A DNA stretch of 64,000 nt from Halorussus marinus (lineage in GTDB: Archaea > Halobacteriota > Halobacteria > Halobacteriales > Haladaptataceae), in NCBI RefSeq assembly GCF_004765795.1, contig NZ_SBIV01000006.1, positions 186,001 to 250,000 of the forward strand, written 5' to 3'. A program made the position numbers and the translations under genes. Shown here piece by piece: positions 29,414-39,079 of the stretch. Under the pieces are notes generated by a model, which saw only the letters and a program-made list of their open reading frames with translations, did not search any database and was not told the DNA's origin. The first letter of the stretch is position 1. Every line of letters starts with the position of its first letter.

Positions 29414-31575
29414 TGCCCCGGGAAGCAACCAACTACGATGCAGCGACGGACTACGAGGACGCGAAGCCCCCAGCAGCTGTCCGCGAAGGACTACCAGACG
29501 AACTCAAGGACGCCCGCATCAAAGGCGCGGAGACGCACCCGGTCACTGACAGTGTCCGCCTCAACGGCCCGCCTGGCGTGGGGAAGACCACGCAGGTGTG
29601 CCTGCGGCTCGCAGTGCTCATCGAGACCCACGATGTCGATCCCGGCGATATTACAATCGTGACGTACCGTCGGTCACTCGCCGGAGAAATCACAGAACGG
29701 CTCCAGTCGTGGGGAATCCTCGATGACGACACTGACCCGGAGATGTGGACGACAGCGCACGCAGTCGCAAACCGCGTTACCGGGCTGCTGTCCCGTGATA
29801 AAGCCGACTACAAGCAGAACAGCGGCCGCGGACTCGGGCCTGCAGTCACGGCATTCGAACAGTCGTGCTTCTGCCGCGAGGTGCTCAACGTTCAGTACTG
29901 GGCCCCGCAGCCGTGGGAGACAACGCGCGGACAGTTACTGTTCGACGTGTTCGAGTACGCTGCGAACAACCTGTTAGACGTTCACGACGAAAGTGACCTG
30001 TTCGATATCCCGGCGTACGAAGACCTCCGCGAGGAGTGGCCCGGGGTGGACGTCGGCACACTGCATGACCGGTGGGAGGAGTTCAAAGACAGTCAGGACT
30101 TAGTTGAGTTCTCAGAGCTCCTCGATGCCGCCGTTGACGGTCCGCTGCCACCGAGTGAGGTAGTTGTCGTGGACGAGTACCACGACGCGTACCCAGCGCT
30201 CGCACGAGTCGCTGAACGGTGGGTTGACGCGGCCAACACGGCAATCGTGGCAGGCGACCCGTTGCAGGTTGTTAACGCCTACGCTGGCGCGGACCCCCGG
30301 TTCTTCACGGATCGGATGGACCACCTGCCGGAGGTGCTCCTCGATAAGTCGTGGCGGGTGCCGGAAGAACACTGGCAGGCGGCGACGCGGATGCTGCAGA
30401 AGGAGTTCGAAACCCCTCCAATCGACCGTCACGGACGTGGAGAGATTCACGAGTACGAGTCGCCGGAGTTCCAGTACGCACAGGGTGCTGGGTGGACCGC
30501 CCCGTCGGCGAATCAGCCCGGGTCACCGGGCGCGTTAGTAGACGAGTACATCGCCGGTACCGACAGTGACATGCTGTTGCTGGCGAGGACGCAGAAACAA
30601 GCGCAGGGCGTCAGCGCCGCCCTCGACCGCGACGGTATCGTGCACGAGACACAGGACGTGGACGACGTCGGCGGATGGACAGAACACCGTCTCAACACGC
30701 TGAACGCGGTCCTGAAGCTGGCTGTCGTGCCCGGGTCGTACGGGCAGGACAGTAGCCAGTACGGTCTGCAGAAGTACGGTGATGCAGCTGCAGAGCTCCG
30801 GCTCACGACTGACGGGACGGCAGCGATCCTTCAGCACGCGCACGGCGGGACGCTTGACTTGACGTCGGACGAGGTTGACCAGAGGATTGAGTCGCTCCGT
30901 GACGACGACACGGACCGAACAGTGACTGCAGACGACCTTGATGGCCTTGTCACCCCGGCGTTCTGGCGGAAGTACACGGACGGGTCGGCATCGGTGAAAC
31001 GGCTCACGAAGGCCGGTGAATTCGAGGATGAAGACCTGAAAGCACTGCAGAACGCCGCCGTCAGGTACGACGACCCCGTGCCGGCGGATGCGTTGAAGAA
31101 CGTCCGTGTGCTCACCATTCACGCCAGCAAAGGCAGTGAAGCGACGGACGTCGTGATTTACGATGGGATCACATCCACGATCGCCACCGAGATGGAACGG
31201 TCACGGGAGACACGGGAGAATGAAGCCCGGACGTGGTATGTCGGTCTCACACGGTCGAGCGAACGGTTGCACATCATGCGCGGAGGTTTCTCGTGGATGC
31301 AGCCGCACCTCCCGCGAGACATCGCGCCCGTGGCAGCGGCAGCTGCCGAACGCGCCACCACGGATGATACCGGCACGGACTCCGGCACTGACACGGTCGG
31401 GAGCACTGACGAGCCGGTTGACCCCGTGGAGCTGTACGCGGCTCAGTACGACGGTGAGGGCGCGGTGTCAGTTGCAGGACGCGTGTCCCGGGCAGTCAGT
31501 GGAGACGTGAACGTATCGGACCTGAAGGCGCGCGTTGAAGCTGCCCGTTCGGACGGGGGTGGTGCCGATGCGTGA
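29410..31575 (+). CDS. UvrD/Rep-like superfamily 1 helicase
   Basis: GPPGVGKT, DEYHD, GDPLQ, SWR, TIHASKGSE, YVGLTRS. Confidence 0.9.
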   Translation: MMPREATNYDAATDYEDAKPPAAVREGLPDELKDARIKGAETHPVTDSVRLNGPPGVGKTTQVCLRLAVLIETHDVDPGDITIVTYRRSLAGEITERLQSWGILDDDTDPEMWTTAHAVANRVTGLLSRDKADYKQNSGRGLGPAVTAFEQSCFCREVLNVQYWAPQPWETTRGQLLFDVFEYAANNLLDVHDESDLFDIPAYEDLREEWPGVDVGTLHDRWEEFKDSQDLVEFSELLDAAVDGPLPPSEVVVVDEYHDAYPALARVAERWVDAANTAIVAGDPLQVVNAYAGADPRFFTDRMDHLPEVLLDKSWRVPEEHWQAATRMLQKEFETPPIDRHGRGEIHEYESPEFQYAQGAGWTAPSANQPGSPGALVDEYIAGTDSDMLLLARTQKQAQGVSAALDRDGIVHETQDVDDVGGWTEHRLNTLNAVLKLAVVPGSYGQDSSQYGLQKYGDAAAELRLTTDGTAAILQHAHGGTLDLTSDEVDQRIESLRDDDTDRTVTADDLDGLVTPAFWRKYTDGSASVKRLTKAGEFEDEDLKALQNAAVRYDDPVPADALKNVRVLTIHASKGSEATDVVIYDGITSTIATEMERSRETRENEARTWYVGLTRSSERLHIMRGGFSWMQPHLPRDIAPVAAAAAERATTDDTGTDSGTDTVGSTDEPVDPVELYAAQYDGEGAVSVAGRVSRAVSGDVNVSDLKARVEAARSDGGGADA

Positions 31576-32920
31576 AATGTTCCGCGAACTGGAACGCGCG
31601 GAGAGCGCGGTTGAAGTCGTTGAGGTGGGCAAAGAGTACGTCACACTGGATGTCCCTGAGTCAGTGCACGATGCGCCGCGAGCGGTGCCGTACGAACTGG
31701 TAGAGTTCGGGCAAGACGCCCGGAACTGGTTCGTGTGGGACATGGCGGAGAAGCAGCCGCGCGCCCCGCACAACGGCGGCTACGCTGGGAAAGTACAGTG
31801 GGGGCGACCGAATGTGGCCTGGGATAACCGCGCCGGAGGGACGTTCGAGAACGTGATGGACGCCCTTGACGGGAATATAAACGGACACGTCGCTGACAGT
31901 TGGCGGTGGGGAACCGTGGAAGACGAACACGGGAACGAGGTTCCGGAGGAACCCCGTGAACTGTACCCGATGGCGATTGTTCCGCACGCGGACTTCAGCC
32001 CGGAGCCGGGGTTGATGTTCTTCGACTTCGACGACGTCGTCGAACTGCAGGGCGACGGGACGGCGGTGATGACACGGGAAGTGTGGGGCATCATTCAGCG
32101 GCTTGATTGCTACGCTGAACTAAGCACGTCGTTGTCGGGCGTTCACTGCTTTGCGCTCGGTGAAATGCCGGCGCGGGTTGATGGGAAGAAGGTCCTGAAA
32201 GACCTGAGTCAGTCGCTCCCGGGCGGGGAAGTCGGTCACATCGAGATCTACGGGTACCCCGCGAACGGTCGTGTGATGGGGACGACGTGGATGCATATCG
32301 ATGCTACTCCCCGTCACACTGTTACGGAGCGGCAGGAGACGATCGACGCGCTTGCCGACGAACTGTTGGATGAAGAAGACACGATCACTGACGGTGAGCA
32401 GGCTCAACAGGCGTTTGACGAACGGACGGACGTGGACCACGGTAACACCGGTGGCGGGTCGAAGTCGGCGTACTACGGGCTCAATCCGGAGGTTATCGCT
32501 GACACGGGCCCGTTCAGCAGGCATGGTCGGAACGGGCAGGGCCCGCACCCAACCCACGGTGGCACCAGCACCCCGGATTCGGAGTCTACGAACTTCGGCG
32601 TGGACGCCGATGACGGGTGGAAGTGCTGGGCTCACGACGACGGTGGCGGTGCCCTGCAACTCATTGCAGTCATCGAAGACATCCGGCAGTGTGGAAATGC
32701 GTCTGACGTGATGGGCGACCCGATCGATGCGTTTCGAGTATGCTTGGCGGCGCGGGACAAGCACGCCAGCGCTGCATTGGAGGGTGAGAACCCGCCAACC
32801 CAGGCGCTCCGGGGTGTGTTGGAGGTTCAGGGCGTGGACTACAACGAAGACGGGCGGTTGTCGAAGGCGAACTATGCGTTAGCGATTGGGCTGTTCGAGG
32901 AAATGGAGTACACGGGGTGA
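31568..32920 (+). CDS. Primase-polymerase (AEP Prim-Pol) with C-terminal Cys/His module
   Basis: FFDFDDV (DxD), ELSTSLSGVH (SxSxxGxH), HIEIY; HPTH...WKCWAH; ATG overlaps the helicase end. Confidence 0.8.
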   Translation: MREMFRELERAESAVEVVEVGKEYVTLDVPESVHDAPRAVPYELVEFGQDARNWFVWDMAEKQPRAPHNGGYAGKVQWGRPNVAWDNRAGGTFENVMDALDGNINGHVADSWRWGTVEDEHGNEVPEEPRELYPMAIVPHADFSPEPGLMFFDFDDVVELQGDGTAVMTREVWGIIQRLDCYAELSTSLSGVHCFALGEMPARVDGKKVLKDLSQSLPGGEVGHIEIYGYPANGRVMGTTWMHIDATPRHTVTERQETIDALADELLDEEDTITDGEQAQQAFDERTDVDHGNTGGGSKSAYYGLNPEVIADTGPFSRHGRNGQGPHPTHGGTSTPDSESTNFGVDADDGWKCWAHDDGGGALQLIAVIEDIRQCGNASDVMGDPIDAFRVCLAARDKHASAALEGENPPTQALRGVLEVQGVDYNEDGRLSKANYALAIGLFEEMEYTG

Positions 32921-32926
32921 ACGAGA

Positions 32927-33562
32927 TTGTCAACAACTGATTCAACGACGACGACGGCGACGTGGCAGTCGAACCGCGCGAGAGACTTGACGCGGTCAGA
33001 GGCTGCGCTCATCAGCTCGCACTGGAGCGAGGTAACGCAGTATCTCGTCCCGCCAGGAATCGCGTGGCAGTGGGGTGAATGCGCAATCTCGCATAAGGTG
33101 AAGTACAACTGGAAAGAAGACGGGCTCATCCGACGCGCGCCGGGCGGCAGACGGTGGTTGACGACGGAGACGCTGTGGCTGCATGTGATCGCCCGCGCGG
33201 ACGACGACGAAGTCGTTGGTGCGCGTGCACAGGGACAGCAGGTTCTCGATGCCCCGGCGAAGACAGGGAGTTCGCGTGTCCTCGCTGACGACACGTCGAT
33301 TCCGTCCCGGCGGGTGCAATCGACGCTGACGGGTGACACCGCGGACCGGCAGACTGTTCGGTCACAGCATGAGCCGGATTGGACGGTTGTCAATGCTCGG
33401 AAGGGCATGCACGGTGAAGACGACGGTCGTGAGGATGCCGCTCGGCACCCGGGTCAGTCGCGCTTGTCAACCTTCGAGGACTACGACCGATCGAACTGGG
33501 ATGTGACGACGCCGTGGTTCCGTTCGAGTGCAGTGACGGTTCCGGCCGGTCAGGTGTACTGA
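32927..33562 (+). CDS. Hypothetical protein, last gene of the replication operon
   Basis: GGGGTGA SD then TTG start; followed by a T-tract at about 33575. Confidence 0.6.
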   Translation: MSTTDSTTTTATWQSNRARDLTRSEAALISSHWSEVTQYLVPPGIAWQWGECAISHKVKYNWKEDGLIRRAPGGRRWLTTETLWLHVIARADDDEVVGARAQGQQVLDAPAKTGSSRVLADDTSIPSRRVQSTLTGDTADRQTVRSQHEPDWTVVNARKGMHGEDDGREDAARHPGQSRLSTFEDYDRSNWDVTTPWFRSSAVTVPAGQVY

Positions 33563-34079
33563 CCCGAGGCACTGTTTTTCGCGCCGGGTTCATTTACATT
33601 GATTGCTGATTCGGGTGTTACGGAGGGTTGTACCGCGTGTTTTCCGCAGATGCACACTTTCTGCATAACACTACTGCAGAGGGTGTTATGTTATTGCAAG
33701 GGCGTTCAGGGACGTGTTTGACCCCCGTGACACTCCGAATCAATGCAATTCCAGTCGTTGCAAGAGACTTCACAGTCCAGATCCGCCCCGTCCTGTTACA
33801 TTGATCCAGGATTTAGGTGTTACGCGGCTTGATGTCGGTGTTTTCGGGATAATCACACTTTCTTCAGTGCTGTTTCACAGTGTTCTGGGGGTAACACTGA
33901 TCCTGACCGCGACCCGCCCGGTGTTGTCAATCGAAGAACTCTCTGACGGTGTCGATGCGACACTCCCGCGTGGCGCGCTAAAGGAGAGTGTTGGTGTATA
34001 GTGTGCGCGCGACCGATCGAGCGACCGGGCAGCGGGTAAGATTCCGATCAATGAAGTGGGTATAACACGTAGACTGAAT

Positions 34080-34175
<96 letters not shown>

Positions 34176-34648
34176 CTCATTCGGACCGCCGGAGGTACGG
34201 CGGTCCATACATTCGGACGGGCAAACAGACGCACACCCGACCGTACACGGAGACGGACGTAAGTACGTACACGAGCACGTACACTGCGGTGTACACGACT
34301 ACGAACACAGACACTCAATGGCGGACGCGTCTACGTACCGGGGGGACGATGGGTGTGCTTCCACTCGCATACGTTTTTACCGCCACGTACGCCGGTTTTC
34401 ATTTGGTATCCGCGCGAACGGTGTTACCTCTCTTATCTGTGTAATCCCCCTACCTGAGAGTATAGCGTGTCATAGAAATAGCCACAGCCGACTCGATGCG
34501 GTGCAAACGGATGGGGCGATATGTTGGACTGAGTATGATTACAGAAGGCAGTGCAAGATATAGAGAATCTATTCAGCAGATGTCAGCACTCGTTTCTCCG
34601 CTAATCAAATGAATTAACTGGCAACACAGACTGTGGAAGTGAAAACCT

Positions 34649-34798
34649 CTACTCGCCGCCGACAATTTCCTCAAGTTCCTCTCGCAGCGCTTCTAACTCC
34701 TTATGGCTTGAGTCGCTAATCTCTGAATTCGACGAACTCTCTTGGAATTGCGGCGTGTAGTCTGGGTCGTCCTCGGACGGCCAGTTTGGGGAAACCAT
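34649..34798 (-). CDS. 49-aa acidic peptide ending in GGE (Pup-like)
   Basis: Manual translation MVSPNWPSEDDPDYTPQFQESSSNSEISDSSHKELEALREELEEIVGGE*; AGGTGA SD 5 nt before the ATG, overlapping the upstream stop. Confidence 0.7.
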   Translation of the reverse strand: MVSPNWPSEDDPDYTPQFQESSSNSEISDSSHKELEALREELEEIVGGE

Positions 34799-34803
34799 AT
34801 CTT

Positions 34804-35613
34804 TCACCTAAGTGGATCTATGTCGGCATCGTTGATAGTATTTTCCCGAGCGGTACGTTCTGCCTCACGAACGTCTTCGATTACATTTTGGATGGTTTTG
34901 ATACGGTCGGTGTCAAGGAAACTAACCTTATCGCCAACTACCGCAATGTCCATTTTGTCGCCTACACCCTGCGCTTCACCGGCCTGATTCTTTGCATCAG
35001 CTGCCAGCATTAGTGCATCCTCAAGATTTTCGGGATCGTATCCATTCCGCATGAACGTCAGACTCGCAGAGCCGGCACCCGAACCAATACACTGAAATCC
35101 GAGTGAACGGTGTCGGGTAAGACTCCCGTCTCGAAGTTCGAGTATCTGAGCGCCATGATCGTCATCGACGCCTGCGATGAGCATATTTGTTCCTCCCTGA
35201 ATGTCCTGCTTAAGATCACTGATCTGTGACATAAATTCAGTGACCATATCGTCGCTCAGTGGAACACCTTGATTCGTTAATTGATTTAGGGTCAGGTCGT
35301 AGTCTGCCAGAATCTTATTGTTCGCCTCGTCACGAACAATCGCGTGAATCTCGTCAACGAAGAGTTCACCAACTGCTTGAACTGTATCAGGCGATTCCTC
35401 AATGATTCGATTCCCTACTCGATAGTAAAGTTCGTCTGCGTATGAGAGCGTTCCTGCAGCGACAGCTGCCACAGCGGGGTTTCCAGCGGACACCATCTCA
35501 AGTTTGCCGTCAGAATGTTCGTGCTCAACCGCCCCTGTCGTTACCATTCGGTCTGCTATTAATACTACAGCTGGATCATCGCCGTTGTATGCGGCACCAA
35601 TTCCAACAGTCAT
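34804..35613 (-). CDS. Proteasome beta-subunit-like Ntn hydrolase without propeptide
   Basis: M-T-VGIG start (Thr1), IAD (Asp17-like), GKL (Lys33-like), MLIAGVD, CIGSG (Ser129-like), GVGDKMDIAVV. Confidence 0.8.
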   Translation of the reverse strand: MTVGIGAAYNGDDPAVVLIADRMVTTGAVEHEHSDGKLEMVSAGNPAVAAVAAGTLSYADELYYRVGNRIIEESPDTVQAVGELFVDEIHAIVRDEANNKILADYDLTLNQLTNQGVPLSDDMVTEFMSQISDLKQDIQGGTNMLIAGVDDDHGAQILELRDGSLTRHRSLGFQCIGSGAGSASLTFMRNGYDPENLEDALMLAADAKNQAGEAQGVGDKMDIAVVGDKVSFLDTDRIKTIQNVIEDVREAERTARENTINDADIDPLR

Positions 35614-35775
35614 TGTATATTATGTAAAAGCCAACTTAGTTAAATATGGCTTCTGAATTAACCGATTAACTTGTCCTCGGTACTGACCGATACGCGCCCT
35701 GTATCTTGCACGCGAGTCCTAACAAGACTGGGACAGGAACTGCGTGCGAAGCTTTCTATGACACGCTATGAGAGT

Positions 35776-35964
35776 ATGCAACCAGGGTTCATTGGGGGAA
35801 TCCCCGGGAGAATTGAAATAGGAGGAGTGTTGATTCTCGGAATATTACTCTTCGGTGCAGATCGAATCCCACGGCTCGCTCGCAGTGTAGGCGAATCGAT
35901 AGGCGAGCTCCGATGCGGGCGGGAGACGATTGAGGATGAACTGCAGGACGATGACGAAGACTGA
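35776..35964 (+). CDS. TatA/E-like small protein, possibly degenerate
   Basis: GIPG..E...ILLFGADRIPRLARSVGESIGE.R. Confidence 0.7.
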   Translation: MQPGFIGGIPGRIEIGGVLILGILLFGADRIPRLARSVGESIGELRCGRETIEDELQDDDED

Positions 35965-36127
35965 GGCACCGGTGTTGTTGTATCTGGAGAATACTGACGG
36001 GAGAGCGACGACTGGCGATATCGTTGATAACCTCCCCATCAACAAGCTCACACTACACTCGATCCTCCCCCACATGGAAACTGACGGTAAAGTGGGATGG
36101 CAGGGAGACTACGTGCGCCTGCAGTGA
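35951..36127 (+). CDS. Short TrmB/MarR-like winged HTH protein or fragment
   Basis: VLLYLENTDGRATTGDIVDNLPINKLTLHSIL. Confidence 0.5.
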   Translation: MTKTEAPVLLYLENTDGRATTGDIVDNLPINKLTLHSILPHMETDGKVGWQGDYVRLQ

Positions 36128-36280
36128 GGCGCGTAACACGTAATATGACCGCGGTCCGGATTCGTGTTACCCCTTTCGGAGTTCCGGACACACCCCCTCC
36201 CTGAGACAAGGAAAACTAATCTATTCCATACCGGCAAGGAAAGTGCCCTCTTTGATAAGAGCACACCGGTTAGATTGGGT

Positions 36281-37000
36281 ATGGCCGAAACACCCTCCCA
36301 GAACACTGCAGCCTACGTCCGAGTCAGCACAGCTGACCAAGACGCCGAACGCCAACGCGAATCAATCCTCAACGAATACGACGAAGACACGATCGACTGG
36401 TTCGTGGACATCGAGTCCGGGGCGTCACTCTCCCGTGACCAATACAACGACATGCGCGAGTCCATCGATGACTACGACGTCATCACCGCAACTGAGATCG
36501 ACCGGCTCGGCCGATCGTTCAGCGAGCTCGCATCTTTTGTGGAAGAGCTCCGGCAGAAAGACATCGGGCTCAACCTCACACAGCAACCCATCGACACGAC
36601 TAACGAAGACGACTGGATGGCTGATATGTTGTTGAACATGCTGATAGTGCTGGCAGACGCTGAACGCAAGATGATTCAGGACCGCGTGCAGCAGGGTGTG
36701 GATAAGGCGATGCGAGATGGGAAGCGCGTTGGCCGCCCACCGTTCGGGTACGACGTCGAAGACGGGTTTATGTACCAGGACCCAGCAGAATACAACCGCG
36801 CCCAGAACTTCATCAGGGAAGTCAAGAAAGGACGTGCGAAGAGCACGACAGCGGATTATTTCGAAATTCCCCAGTCCGCGGTACAGTCCATCTTGAAGCG
36901 TTCACATCAAAACTACGAAATCCCGTTCGACAACGACTTGTGGACGATCGAACGAGCGAAGGTCGAAGCCGGGGAGAAACTGTTAGAACCGCTCGAATAG
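36281..37000 (+). CDS. Serine recombinase (resolvase family)
   Basis: AAYVRVSTADQ catalytic Ser, ESG, DRLGRS, GRPPFGY. Confidence 0.92.
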   Translation: MAETPSQNTAAYVRVSTADQDAERQRESILNEYDEDTIDWFVDIESGASLSRDQYNDMRESIDDYDVITATEIDRLGRSFSELASFVEELRQKDIGLNLTQQPIDTTNEDDWMADMLLNMLIVLADAERKMIQDRVQQGVDKAMRDGKRVGRPPFGYDVEDGFMYQDPAEYNRAQNFIREVKKGRAKSTTADYFEIPQSAVQSILKRSHQNYEIPFDNDLWTIERAKVEAGEKLLEPLE

Positions 37001-37019
37001 GACGACGACTCAGGCCAGG

Positions 37020-37135
37020 ATCCACTTCTATGTGGAGACGAAGGGCCCGTGCCCGTAGATAATATAACACGAGGCCGGCCCGTCAACAAGCTTACTCTGG
37101 CCCCATTTCTCACTAATATGGTCGATGACGTGCCC
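37020..37135 (+). pseudogene. Decayed second copy of the small HTH gene
   Basis: CCCGTCAACAAGCTTACTCT...ATGGTCGATGACG resembles CCCATCAACAAGCTCACACT...ATGGAAACTGACG at about 36035. Confidence 0.45.
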
Positions 37136-37494
37136 GTCCATCCGTTAGTCCGACATCCATGGCTGACACACGCACGTACGTAAGGACGCGCGTACGTGAT
37201 GATGTACGTGATCACGTACGTACCTGAGTACGTATGTCGATCTACCCGGACGAACCTACCTGTCTCGGTATTTACGAACACAAAAGAACAATCGAGTCTG
37301 TGCGTAACAGACACTGTACCGCAGCTACCCTGTTGAGTACGACGGAGAAAGCATGCCAGTTTGATGTGTCGAGGTACGTCAGTCTCATAAATCCAAGACT
37401 GGCCGTCGTGGTATGTAGTGTACGCTGAACCTATCGACCCACTAAGCAACTGAATATGCTACCTTTGAAGGCAGTAGGAGCGCGTCGACAAACT

Positions 37495-37585
37495 GCCGCC
37501 CGTAGGGGCGGCGTTCCCGGAAAGAGAGAAAGAGAGAGAGAGAGAGAGAGAGTGAACGGGTTCCGGTCCGTGGTGGGGCCGTGAC
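37495..37585 (+). repeat. Hairpin-TTCCCGG-(GA)n-GTGA-CCGGT-CGTGGTGGG element, copy 2
   Basis: Stem GCCGCCC/GGGCGGC at 37495-37512; purine tract 37521-37552; same orientation as copy 1. Confidence 0.8.
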
Positions 37586-37621
37586 CCACTCCCGGCCGTA
37601 ATGGCGTGCGGCCAGTCACTC

Positions 37622-37764
37622 ATCACTGCTCTCGAAGCAATCCGTATGGTTGGGACTGGATCACCTACCGTGAAGTGGAGGACGAACTGGATATTGCCCC
37701 ATCAACGATGTCTGGTATAATCGACAGGAGGGAGCAATATCTCAGCGTCAATAAGAACGGTTAG
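37622..37764 (+). pseudogene. Frameshifted relic of a resolvase C-terminal HTH
   Basis: ITALEAIRMV / TYREVEDELDIAPSTMSGIIDRREQYL* across a frameshift; resembles the tail of the 24622 protein. Confidence 0.5.
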
Positions 37765-37849
37765 ATGAATATTGGCACCTGCGGGCCAATAGGAATCTGC
37801 GTGGCTCTTAAACGGGATTTTATATACTCAGGACTACCTGTATCCGATA

Positions 37850-39079
37850 ATGAGTGACTCGTCGGACGACTATACGCTTGAGGATGCACAAGACGAAGTC
37901 GGAATTCTTCGCCGTGTAACCGACGACGTCGTCGAAGCGATCCAGAATGCAGAGAACGAAGACGTACTGGAGTTCCTGATCGAAGACGAGAAACTCGACG
38001 TGATCCACGACGGGAAGCGTGGGCTGGGTCGGGTTCGATGTGCTGTGCTTGAGTCCCCACTGGCTTCAGACCGCCTCAAGCGCGTCGTGAGCCTCCGGGG
38101 TGACGAAACACCTGCAGAGATACTCGTCCCAAACGACGTTGAGCGGAACGCGAAAGTCGCGCTGGAAGCGGGCAAGCCAGTCGTCCTGTATGGGCCAACC
38201 GGGACAGGGAAGACGACGTTTGCTAAGCAACTCGCTCGTGAAACCGGAATCGGATACACCCTCAACACTGCCACTCCCTCGTGGACGCCGTCGGACATCA
38301 TCGGTGGAATTAGTCCGGATTACACCGGCGACTCGCTAAGCTACCGGACGAAACTCGGTTGCGTGTCCGAAGCCGTTCAGCGTGCTCGCCGGTTCGATGT
38401 CGAATACGGCGTCATCCTTGATGAGATTACGCGAGCAGACATATCGAAGATATTTGGTCCACTGTACACCGCCATCGAGAACCCACACCAAACCATCTTT
38501 GAGACCGACGAAGGTGAGACTATTGAGCTGGACGAGCGGGTGAACATCATCTGTACGATGAACATGTCCGACCGGACGGTGAACGAACTCGATAACGCCA
38601 TCACCCGCCGGTTCGCCATGATTGAGGTTAACGAGTACGAGGAAGACAAGCGCCGACAGCTGTTCAAAGATTGGATCACCACGCACGTTACCGACCACAC
38701 GGACCTCGGTGAAAGCGAGATCCTCCGCCTGTTCGAGCGGGACTACCAGGGAATCAATCACGGCCACGAATCGACGTCGCAAGGATCGATTATGCGGTTC
38801 GGTCCGATGCACTACCGCGACGTCGCCGTCTTCCTCGGCGTCGGCTGTCGGGAAGGTGGAGAGTACGAGTACGACCAGACAGACGCAGTCGGACAGGCAT
38901 TCCGGACATACATCGTGCCGCGACTCCTGAACGCCGCCGCATTCCCACAGATCGAGCGGATCGCGGAACACTACCGCGCGATGAATGGCGAGTTCGAGGA
39001 GTTCGATCTCGCCCCTGCTGCCGAGCTCGCTGAACGGGAACTCGAACAGGAACGACGTCAGATGGGCTCCTACGAGTAA
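37850..39079 (+). CDS. McrB-like AAA+ GTPase with short N-terminus
   Basis: GPTGTGKT, LDEITRAD, TMNMSD (NxxD), AITRRF. Confidence 0.9.
   Translation: MSDSSDDYTLEDAQDEVGILRRVTDDVVEAIQNAENEDVLEFLIEDEKLDVIHDGKRGLGRVRCAVLESPLASDRLKRVVSLRGDETPAEILVPNDVERNAKVALEAGKPVVLYGPTGTGKTTFAKQLARETGIGYTLNTATPSWTPSDIIGGISPDYTGDSLSYRTKLGCVSEAVQRARRFDVEYGVILDEITRADISKIFGPLYTAIENPHQTIFETDEGETIELDERVNIICTMNMSDRTVNELDNAITRRFAMIEVNEYEEDKRRQLFKDWITTHVTDHTDLGESEILRLFERDYQGINHGHESTSQGSIMRFGPMHYRDVAVFLGVGCREGGEYEYDQTDAVGQAFRTYIVPRLLNAAAFPQIERIAEHYRAMNGEFEEFDLAPAAELAERELEQERRQMGSYE

Noticed and set aside
34804..35613. Canonical housekeeping proteasome beta subunit (psmB)
   Set aside because: No propeptide, no GTTT motif, divergent C-terminal motifs, low GC, and located inside a mobile element
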